A stretch of DNA of 64,000 bases from Octopus sinensis (Eukaryota). Below the pieces are notes generated by a model that was not told the origin of the DNA, made no database searches, and was given only the letters and a program-made list of their open reading frames with translations. Of this stretch, positions 53,206 to 64,000 are shown in pieces. The number at the start of each line of letters is the position of its first letter. The stretch's first letter is position 1. The stretch spans positions 87,048,001-87,112,000 of the forward strand of contig NC_043006.1 of the NCBI RefSeq assembly GCF_006345805.1. Reading direction: 5' to 3'. A program made the translations under genes and the position numbers.

Positions 53206-56200
53206 AATTTATCTACCCAAAATATTGAGAACACTTTAGAGAAGACAAGTAAAACAATTAAAGAATGGGGCCAGATAAAACTACTTATTGGTGGTGCTAG
53301 TTTTAACATACTACTTCCTAAGAATGAAAAGACAATGGCTGTTTTTGTTGTTTATTCTCATGCCTGACTGCTTCAAATGAGCAGTGTACTCTGAGCAAGC
53401 AAACGCCTTAAGGCATACACTGCAATCACAATCATAGTACCTCATTTTCAAAAATTATATGGATTATAGTATCCAACATGTCCTTCCTACTTAGAGTAAA
53501 TATGATATGAGGGAGATTCAGCTGCTGTTTCTAATAGCATCTGCTAGTTCTAACAACAGCCAATCATATGGATAAGGGATTGAGTATAATATACAACTAC
53601 ATAGATTTCAGAAAGATTTTAGATTGAAATTTCAAAAATCTAGAGGCTATATATTGTGACTAAAAATAAATTATAACAAAAAATAAGATTGTCCCTGAAC
53701 AAATGAAAGCAAGATAAGATAATTGAGAAGAACAAAGTAACTGGATGAAGAAAGAGACAAGAAAAATTATGTTGTTTGTATTAATTGCATCATACTGAAA
53801 ACTTTTAGAAATGCTTTCTTTAAAAAATGTTTTTTTTATTTTTACTTTATAAAAAATTACTACTCTGACAAAAATTCATATAAAATAAATTAAAATATAT
53901 ATAAAATAATACATCATCACTGTATTACTGAATTAAATTAAATTCCTGATACTTTAAGAGTGAGTATCTGTTAAATTTAACAATAATTTATTGACAGTTT
54001 ATCAATTGCGATATACATGATTAGTATCTGAGTGCAATAGAAATTCTTCTTCATGCTTTGCTTCTCTCCTATTGTAGCATTTCAGATTAGAAGTCAGGCC
54101 TTGTGGTTAATTGTAGTTTCTAATTGATGTCAACAACCAAAGTGACAGCAGTATCAGACACTGACATTCACATATACAAACAAATCAAGTTAGAAAGGAG
54201 AATTTTTAAAAAATGGAAAGATAGGCTGGAAGAGAGTAAGAGGGAAAAGATAGATGGATAGAGTGAAAAGCAAAAAGGGGAGGAGACTATGAGAAATAAA
54301 AACGTATGTGAGGAGGTACAGAAATGAAATTCTCAAATAGAGAAAATGAGAGAGGAGGAGGCAGAGGAGTGGGCAAATGTGAGGAGAAAGTATGAGACCA
54401 GAAAAATAGAGTGGGAGACAGGTGAATAGAATGAAATTAGGAGGATAGAGAGAGAGAAAGAGAGAGAAAGAGAGAATAGGTTGAGAAGAAAAATAAGAAA
54501 AAGTGAGAGAGGGAAGAGAGAAAAGTGAAAATGGAAGAAGTGAGTGAGTAAGAAAGAAGAGAAGAGAAATATGTGATAGAAATAGATAGAAAGAGAGGGA
54601 GAGAGAAAATAAAATAAAAGGAGGGTAAAATCACTTCTCAAAAACGATACAAATAAAAATAAAAAGCACACAAGAAAAAAATGAACACAAAATAACAAGA
54701 GAAAAAACAACATATCTATATCAATTAGAAAAATGTAAAATGGAAATTTGGAATAAATACATGCAGAGATTTATTTAGTTGTTTTTGATTGTGCTTGTTT
54801 GATATGAAAAATCAAAGGTGACTTTAATCAAGTGTATTTTAGTTTGTTATCTGTATAATGTTTTATGTATTTTATATTTGTTTTGTTTTTTACTACCTCA
54901 TCCACCCCTACCCAATACTATTTAGTCTTATCTGTACCAGCCTCTCTTTCCTCTCATTGATTTACAAAAAATATATATATAAATAAAATGAAATGCAACA
55001 ATATTAATGATAATAATAATAATAAAAATAATCATGCATAAATGTTTCCAAATCCATTACGTCCCATTTAAATATGTATTTTATCGGTATTATTAAATTT
55101 GTTGATTGAAGACTTGAAAGGGAAAAAATAATAAAAAATTAGATAAAAAAGGAAAAAAATAAATATTAAAAAAATGTTTAAATATTGTAGTAATAACAAT
55201 AGTCACATTATTATAACTATTATCACTATTACCATCATCATAATCGTTATTAACATTGATTGTGGTGGTGGTATTACTAAGAAATAAATGACTGAAACAT
55301 GTTCAGATATTAAAATGTATTTAAATAGTTGGTTATGGAACTTTGTGGACATATTTCAGATGGCCATTTATAAACAATAAATAAATAAATAAATTTGCAA
55401 AATTGCACAGAAACAAAAGAAATGAGGTTGGTGATAGAGAATGAGACAAAAGGTTACACACACACACACATCCATACAGAGAAATAGACACCACACATAT
55501 ACATATGCACACTTGTAACTGATACCAACAACAGCCAGCCTCTCACCATTGCTAGACTTGCTCCACCCATCAACAACAACTACAACAACATTTGGCTACT
55601 TTTCCCCCACCCATGTCTTTTCTCCCCTATAATTTGAATATTTGGTATTTTCAATAATAATAAATAGTCTTAAAGATTATATATTACTGTTTGCTGCTTT
55701 CTTCTGCTGATATTGAAGAATATTTGATTCTAATTGATACAATTTCGTGAAAAAAAGGTCAGACACCAAAGATTGTGGGTTCAATCTATGCAAGGTTCTA
55801 TTTTTGTGTGTTTGACATCTTTTCATGAATCTATTAATCTAATCCCATTTATCATCTGTTATTATAGTTGTTGTCACTGTTCTATTTTTTCTCTATGAAC
55901 TTTAGTTTTGTTTCCTTACCCAACTCTTTTCTTCACATATCCCCACTGTTACTCTGGTGCCATAATGTTCACATAAAGGTTTATGAAAATCTCATAATTT
56001 ATTATTAGTCCTCTGTTCAAATCATGATTCAGTCTTTTGTATATTGTTCTGTGCTTTCAGAAAGAAACCCCATTCATTGTAACCACCCCAGAGAAAACTC
56101 TGCATAGCTGGTTGACCTCTTTGAAATAGCAGCCAAATTTTTTTTACATCACAGCTGTCTTAAAAACGGGAAGTACAAATAAGATAAGCAGTCCAAGATG

Positions 56201-56999
56201 AACTATGACTGAAAAATAGAAAGAAAACATTGGGATATGTAGTCCTAGATATAGTGTGACAGAAAAATAGCAAGTACACATTGGATACTGTAGCCCTACA
56301 TAACACTGAAGAAAAAGAGCTGGAAGTTCTTGTTTGGATATCTTTGATCAATAGCCCACGAAAAGTCTTGTCTGAGTGGCTTTAATTCAATTCAATTCAA
56401 TTCAAAGATAAATAATATAAAAACAAATGATTTTTACATGCTGTCTAAGTACAATATTTGAGAAAATCACACTTGAGAAGGCTACAGAATAGTGGTGCTG
56501 TCTAACAACAAAAGGCTGATAGTTCATATACAATCACTGCAGCCAAAGCCACTTGAAGATTCAAGCAATTTGAGCAGTCATCTCAAAAGCCACACGCATG
56601 TCGGCATAATGTCATATGTTTAGGATATTTCCAAGAAATACTAAGGGGAAAATTTTATTCTACATTTAGTAAATACTAATGAACTACTTTATTATTTTTA
56701 TATTTGTAGTATTTATTCTTTGTTTCCACCACCACCGAAAGAAGTTTAGGTTATACATGTTAGGGCCCTAAAATTGAACTTGTCCTGGGCACCAGTAACC
56801 CTACGGCTGGCCCTGCTTGCAGCAAACTCTTTTGAATTGACTGTAGGCTTAAAGTATCACAGTTTGACCCTATCACTTGGCTTATGTGTGTCAGTTCTTC
56901 AGTCTGTGGATAACTTTTTCTCTTCCTTAGTTTTAGAGAAAACAAAAAAATATCGTAGATACTGCCCTCAATGTCCTCTGACTTGAAATTTTTTAGTGA

Positions 57000-57175
57000 G
57001 TGGGATTACTCAATTACATAAGACTCCAGTATGCAACAAATACTTATTTTAATAAGGATGAAAGGCAAATTCAGCCTTGGTGACATTTCAGCTCAGAACA
57101 AAAAGCCAGAAGAAATGCTGCAAAGCATTCTGTCCAGAATGGTAATGATTCTGCAAGCTCGCTGCCTTAAATAAA

Positions 57176-57222
<47 letters not shown>

Positions 57223-57880
57223 TTTAAAATTTGCCACAAGGTCAATAATTTTTAGGGGAAGGGTTTGGTTGATTACACTGACCCCAAGAGACTTTATATT
57301 ATTGATCCTGAAATGATAAAAGGCCAAGTTGACCTTGGTGGGCTTTGAGCTCAGAACATAAAGAGCTAATAATGATAATAATTATAATCCTTTCTGATTT
57401 TGGCACAACGCCAGCAATTTTAAGGGAGGAGCTTTGTCATTTACATTAATCCAAGTATTTGATTAATATTTATTTTATTGATCTTGATCTTGAAAGGTTG
57501 ACAGGCAAAACTGACCTCAGTGGGATTTGAGCTCAGTAGGTAAAGAGCTAAAAGAGATGTTACAAAGCATTTTGACCAAAAATATTAGCTACTATAGGCA
57601 CGAGGCCTAAAATTTGTGAGGAGTAGGGTACTGATCAGTTACATCGGTCTCAGTGCTCAACTGGAACTTATTTTATCAAACCCAAAATGATGAAAGGCAA
57701 AGACAACCTTGGCAGAATTTGAACTCAGACTTTAAATGACAGATGAAATGATACTAAGCATTTTGTCTGATGTGCTAACAATTCTGCCAACTAATTCTTT
57801 CTGCTATAGGCACAATACAGGAAATTTTGGAAGAGCTGGATAACCAATTACATCAATCCCGAGGCTCAACTGATACTTTT
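57000..57880 (-). mobile_element. Head-to-tail array of about five OR-type SINE copies with (TAA)n spacers
   Basis: Repeated aaattttg..aggcc..gaaaggcaaa..gacct..gatttga.ctcag units. Confidence 0.85.
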
Positions 57881-59577
57881 CTATAAATAACCAGCAAATG
57901 CCAAGAGACTTTGTTTATATAAGTGTTAACTTGTAGGCACATTCACACATTCAGTGAAGCACGAATTTTTACCCCACCACCTCTCTAATGTTTTTTCATC
58001 GAGTTTCTTCTTTAAAAAAAAAATGTTATCAGATTTTTATTATTTGAACATCAGGTTCAAAATCTGCTTACAAAAAAAATTTGTTTCCTTTTTTAAAAAA
58101 ACTGAAAAAGTTCTTTGTTTTGTTGTTTTTTAAAGAACCATAAAAAAATCAATAATATGGAATCTTAATCCAATATTTTTTATAAGTGTATTTATATATT
58201 AATTACATGGATAAAGAACACAAATATTTGATAATAACTGTATTAGTTTCCAAAATAATGATTTCTTTTGAAAGTAATGTATATTCAATAATGAAAACAT
58301 TAGTATTGTACTGTTTCACTCTCAGAAAATTTTAAATGTTTTTGTGTCAATTATTAAAGATGAAAATGTATTGTTCACCGCAAACAAAATATATATTGAT
58401 ACACTTCAAATTCAAACAAAGTATATTTATATTTTTTACAAAATGTACTTTTTATAATTTTAAATGCACACATTTAAGAAATGGATGGAAACCAGTTGTA
58501 AATCCTTTAACCCTTCTCAATCTCTGATAAATTTGAAAACTATAAAAAGATAAAAATATATTTTTTGCTGATTCTGGGTTATGTTAAAAACCTAAATATC
58601 TGGAGAGCAGTTTTTGCAAAAAGGCATTGTAAAAAAAAACTAGAAGATGGGCATTTAAGAATATTTCTTTGCTTTCTTTTGGGTTCTCAGCTTTCTTCTG
58701 AGTTCTCAACTGCTGATGATGTCATATGGATGCTGCCGCAACATACAATGTGTGTTGAGCACTTTTAGATCTGACAAAGCCAATCCCTCTCCGGATTTGA
58801 CCACAGCTTATTTCTTCCGGGAAGAGTGATAATTAAAAGAAAGAGAGAGAAAAAAAAGAAAAAGAGCAACAGAAAATGTTGAGAAACAACCCCAGTACAA
58901 GACGGGTACTTTATTTATTGTTCTTCTCTCTTATAAAAAGAGAAAAAGATGAAAAAAGTTCACATTGATGACATTTGAACTAAGAAGACTGAGTTGGTAC
59001 AAATACTACAAATAAATCTAGCTGATGCTCTAATGACTCTGCAAATATACTACCATAGCTTAAAAATCCCATGCTTAAAGAAATTAGTACAAATTTATAA
59101 CCCATAATATTAGTGCATACGGAACTTCACAGGAACCCTTCCGTATGTGTCAGAAAATGTGATGAAATTTTTCATTGTATTTTCCTCATTGCCCTTGGTA
59201 ATTGATATAATCCTATTTAGGTGGACTGTACCTTTCCTTCTTTCAATTTAGGTCCAATAAATTTTATGATAAAAGTGTAAAGAAAACAAATTTCATACAG
59301 AATGTCATATGAAATCATCATATTATCTTTGCTGATGATGATATTTTGTCCTAACCCAGCTTTGATTTAACTGATCTATGATAAAAGAAAAAAATAGTCC
59401 AGCCATGACTAGCCTGTATTATTTTTAGGTCTGGGTTATCTAGTACCACTCTGTCCCATGAACTCATTTGATTTTTATTTGAGATGGTAGAGTGTATTTG
59501 AAGGGAGTATCAGCTGTTATATCTAGCATGGCAAATGACCATTAAGAGGACTCCTACTTTAGCATCTTATTGTTTTT

Positions 59578-59650
<73 letters not shown>

Positions 59651-59662
59651 TAATAATAATAA

Positions 59663-60550
59663 TGGTTTCAAATTTTGCCACAAGGGCAGTAATTTTGGGG
59701 GAGGGAATGAGTCAATTACATCGACCCCAGTGTTTAACTGGTATTTATTTTATCGACCCCAAAAAGATGAAAGCTAAAGTTGACTACAGCAGGATTTGAA
59801 CTCAGAACATACCAACGGGGGAAATACTGCTAAGCATTTCGTCTAGTGCACTAACGATTCTGCCAGCTCACCACCTTGATAATAATAATAATAATAATAA
59901 TAATGATAATAATAATAATACTTTCTACTATAGGCACAAGGCCTGATGTTTGGGAGGAGGAGGCCTAGTCAATTACGTCGAGCTCAGTGCTAAAATGTTA
60001 CTTATTTTATTGACCCTTAAGGGATAAAAGGCAAAGTCAACCTTGGTAGTACTTGAACTAAGAACATAAAGCCAGAAGAGCTACTGTTAAGCATTTTGTC
60101 TGGATCAATAATGATTTTACCAGCTCACTGCCTTAATAATAATGATGATGATGATTTAAAATTTTGGTAAAAAAGGCAGCAAGTTCAGGAGTGGGGTTTG
60201 TTGATTACATCGACTCCAGTGCTCAACTAGTACTCATTCTATCAATCGCAAAATATTGAAAGAAAAGTCAACCTGAAAAGGTAAGGATAGATGAAATGCC
60301 ACTAAGTATTTTACTCAGCATGTTAATGATTCCACCAGCTTGCCACCTTAATAATAATAATGATGATGATTCAAATTTTGGTACAGGTTCATCAATTCTG
60401 CCGAGGGATCAAGTGATATCATTGACACTAGTGTTCAGCTGGTAGTTATTTCATCAACCCGGAAAGGGTGAATTTGAACTCAGAATGTAGAAATTGATGA
60501 AATGCTGCTATGCCCGGAATGATAATGATTCTGTCAGCTCACTGCTATAA
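59663..60550 (-). mobile_element. Head-to-tail array of four OR-type SINE copies with (TAA)n spacers
   Basis: Units start at about 59663, 59925, 60155 and 60368 in the same orientation, each followed on the plus strand by aataataat-type tracts. Confidence 0.87.
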
Positions 60551-60629
60551 TAATCTAGGCATGGTGTGGATCAGTTATAAGAGAGGAGATGACATGCCCC
60601 TCCTCCTCTCCTGAATTTTAGAAAGTCTA

Positions 60630-61484
60630 GTGTTGGTACAGGTGTCTGATAACATATCAAATTTTATTAGGAGATCAATGAAAAACAGGAGATAAATGAA
60701 AAACAGGAGATCAATGAAAATACAAAGTTAACTTCAAGTGGAAAATTTTCAGTGAGGGTTAACATTGAGAGAGGCATATTTCAAGGAGATAGCCTATCAT
60801 CATTGCTGTTTGTGATTTGTATGATACTCTTCACATAAATACTACAGAAAATGACATTAGGGTACACATTTGAAAGTGGAGGAAAATTAAATCGTTTGTT
60901 ATATGTGGATGACTTAACGATCTTTGGAAAGACCAAAGGTGAAATAAATGTTCCTAGTTTCAACAGTGCAGATATTCAGCAAGGCTATCGAAATGGAATT
61001 TGAGAGTAAAAAGTGTGGTATGCTTATAATACAAAGAGGCAAAGTAGTGTTGTCTTATGGTGTAGAGATATGCAATGGTGACATAGTCAAGGATATTGAG
61101 ACTAATGGATATAAATATCTGGGGATTTTAGAATACAACAAAATCAAGGGAAGTGAAATGAAAGAAAGCTTGAGGTGAGAATATCTCAGAAGAACCAGGT
61201 TAAATATGGGAAGTAGACTCAACGGAAAAAACAAAATCAGGGCAATGAACACATGGGTTGTTTCTTTAATCCGATACAGCGCAGGTGTTGGTTGGTGGAC
61301 AAAGAACGAGCTTGTGGAAATGGACAGGAAAACTATAAAAGTGGTGACAGTTAACAATGAGCCACACCTCAAAAGCGATACTGACAGACTGTATGTGCCT
61401 AGAAAGAGGGGTGGAAGAGGACTTATAGGATGCAAGATTTGTGTTGTCAATGAGAAGAGCAGTCTGGGATTGTACATCAAATAG
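60630..61484 (+). mobile_element. R4/Dong-like LINE reverse transcriptase fragment
   Basis: RGIFQGDSLSSLLFVICM, LLYVDDL, MEFESKKC, YKYLGILE, LNGKNKIRAMNTWVVSLIRYSAG, HLKSDTDRLYVPRKRGGRGL, with frameshifts and stops. Confidence 0.88.
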
Positions 61485-62230
61485 CAGAATGATGTTTCAT
61501 TTATGAAGATGTACTCCTGTATTTGTCTGAGTGTTGGGTCCTTCAGGTGTTTGAATAAAATGTAAATTCAAGTTGACCCAGCGTGCCTTCATATTGGTAG
61601 AGTATGGAAGACTATTTTTTTGTTGTCATATTGTCTCAAATGTTCATTTAGCCTCTCCGCAATGCTTCTAGATGTCTCACCTATGTATATCATGTTCTTG
61701 TCTTTACAAACACCCTCTATGCACCTTGTGCTATAGACTACATTTCTAGTTCTACAGTTAATACCAGGGTTAATCTTACATACCATGCAGTTATCATTGG
61801 TGTATGTAATATTCTCAAAGGTGTATATCCTACATAGTTGTGATCTGATGGAGCTCTCTGATATTTCAACTATCTTAATGTTGAGTTTTGCTTCCTTTAG
61901 AGTTTTCCTAAATCTTTAGGCAAGTTCTCCATGGGCTGTGGCCTCTACAAACGTCACTCCTTAATATTTGTCAGTCTTGTACCATGTGTTCACTCTGTTT
62001 ACTTTGTCACAAACTCTTTGTATCCAATTCATGTCTTTACTTCTATATCTAGTGCAGGTACCACTGGTTTCATTATAAATAATGCTAACTTTTTTCTAGC
62101 TCCCCTGTATACCTGAACCCTATCTTTCTGATCATATCCAGAGAACTGCATGCAGTGCATGAAGTTCTGTACATGTTTCTTTGTTACATAGGGCTTGCAT
62201 AGTGGGGACACATTGTTCATTGTCCTAACG
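61485..62230 (-). mobile_element. Penelope-like element 3' fragment with GIY-YIG endonuclease (Naiad-like)
   Basis: FMHCMQFSGY..DRVQV, FVEATAHGELA, NCMVC..INCRTRNVVY..C....C...MIYIGETSRSIAERLNEH, DPTLRQIQE. Confidence 0.85.
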
Positions 62231-62257
62231 AAATAATAATAATAATAATAATAATAA

Positions 62258-62307
<50 letters not shown>

Positions 62308-62309
<2 letters not shown>

Positions 62310-62862
62310 GCCCTGATGCAGTACCAGGCAGTGGCTCTCATGGCTTCTGATCTTAATTGATTGGAAGTGTTATCATGTACATTGTTTTGTCTTGGTATAA
62401 AAGATGGGCTACAGCAAATATTCTGCTCAATACCACAGATTTGCTTGTCAGTTGTTTGACCATAACCAGTTGAGCATGTCCCTTAGTGGCTGACGATATG
62501 TGCATCTCTGATCACGAGCAGAAGTAGTGGGGAGCATCATAGCCATGTGTTGAGAAGGATTCTTTGGGGTTTGAATAATTCACCTCTGGAAACATGGGTG
62601 TTTCGTTCAACGTCCTTAAACAACCCTTATTCAGGGACCTTTTGAGCGGGATGGGTTACTCGATCTGAAGAAAATTCTAACTGGGCTCCACCTGCAAGGT
62701 CATGTGCTGTTTATCTTGATATGAGATCACCATGTCGCGCACATATGGTTGTGATGCATGTGCCTGGTGTACCCTTATCAGACAGGTAGTCATGATGGGT
62801 ATACTGGGCTTCGTATATTTTACCCCAGTGTCACTTTGATGGCATGCTCTGCTCGCTCACTC
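62308..62862. mobile_element. 555-bp non-coding interspersed element embedded in (TAA)n, copy 1
   Basis: Flanked by (TAA)n on both sides; a highly similar second copy follows directly. No ORF or tRNA A/B boxes seen. Confidence 0.8.
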
Positions 62863-62900
62863 AATAATAATAATAAATAATAATAATAATGATGATGATG

Positions 62901-63454
62901 ATGCCCTGATGCAGTGCCAGGCAGTGGCTCACATGGCTTCTCAACTTAACTGATTGGAAGTGTTATCATGTACATTGATTTGTCTTGGTATAAAAGATGG
63001 GCTACAGCAAATATTCTGCTCAATACTACAAATTTGCTTGTCAGTTGTTTGACTTTAACCAGTTGACCATGTCCCTTAGTGGCTGACGATATGTGCATCT
63101 CTGATCATGAGCAGAAGTAGTGGGGAGCATCATAGCCATGTGTTGAAAGGAATTCATAGAGGTTTGGATAATTCACCTTTGGAAACATGGGTGTTTCGTT
63201 CAACACCCTAAAGAAATCCTTATTCAGGGACCTTTTGAGCAGGATGGACTACTCGACCAGAAGAAAATTCTAACTGGGCTCCACCTGCAAGGTCATGCAC
63301 TGTTAATCTTGATATGGATCACCATGCTGTGCACATTTGGTTGTGATGCATGTGCCTGGTGTATCCTTATCAGATGGGTATTCATGATGGGTACACTAGG
63401 CTTCGTATATTTTACCCCAGTGTCACTTTAATGACATGCACTGCTCTCTCATTC
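62901..63454. mobile_element. Same element, copy 2 (tandem, same orientation)
   Basis: Colinear with 62308-62862; flanked by (TAA/TGA)n and (CAA)n. Confidence 0.8.
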
Positions 63455-63486
<32 letters not shown>

Positions 63487-64000
63487 ATGTTTCTGATTTA
63501 GCACAAGGCCCGAAATTTTGAGGTAGGGATTAGTGAAAACCATTGACCACTGCTGCTCAATACTTGACAGGTATTTACTGAGCCGAGCAATGCTGACTGC
63601 CGCAGAATATAGTCTCAGATAGTAAGGAATCAGAACAAATTCTTTACATTCTGAGTTCAAATCCCACTATAACAATAACAACACTACTATCAATAATAAC
63701 AATGTCAGCTGTAAAATGCTGTGCTATATTTATGGAAATAAATAAATTCAATTTCTCCAAATTTCATGAACGTTTCATCTTATAATATGTAGCTGTATGT
63801 TGTTGTGTATAGTGGGTAGATACACATAGTTATATATGTAATATGTAAGCGTATTTACTTATGTATAGATACACTTGATAGTATGTAGTTATAGTCATAT
63901 GTTATAATGTAAATTATATATAGTGAAATACAACTATATGTAGTTATATATAATTATATATAGTTTCCTGTATTTATACAAGTATATGGTTATATATAGT

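Noticed and set aside
52320-54720. 126-143-aa F/L/S-rich ORFs
   Set aside because: Polypyrimidine/polypurine low-complexity tracts, not membrane proteins.
55920-55995. DFHKPLCEHYGTRV before a minus-strand GTAAGG donor, as the preceding aminopeptidase exon
   Set aside because: An in-frame TGA lies immediately upstream, there is no MSTYL motif, and there is no good acceptor.

Overview
AT-rich animal DNA with many microsatellites and transposons. The SINE/MITE content looks like an octopus (cephalopod) genome; this is inferred from repeat families as I recall them, with no search run. Nearly all ORFs in the supplied track are microsatellite or low-complexity artefacts. I found one convincing host coding exon: a 121-nt minus-strand exon (51100-51220) of an M1 aminopeptidase (ERAP/LNPEP/APN-like). 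I could not find its neighbouring exons, so most of the window may be intron. The rest includes a dead Helitron RepHel, several Penelope-like (PLE) remnants, R4/Dong-like and CR1-like LINE fragments, mariner (DD34D) and DD37D transposases, piggyBac-type MITEs, a Helentron-type element and many tRNA-derived SINEs, often stacked in (TAA)n tracts. The best finding is a non-coding element at 4972-5985 with two tandem type-I hammerhead ribozymes 544 nt apart. Each has a palindromic (dimer-type) stem III and a long stem II hiding a second, mutually exclusive hammerhead-like fold. A CpG-rich promoter-like island (CRE, CCAAT, Inr, splice donor) at about 23.6-24.2 kb suggests a nested or internal transcription start. 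No CRISPR array, rRNA or genuine tRNA gene was seen. Repeat boundaries are by-eye estimates unless stated as exact.
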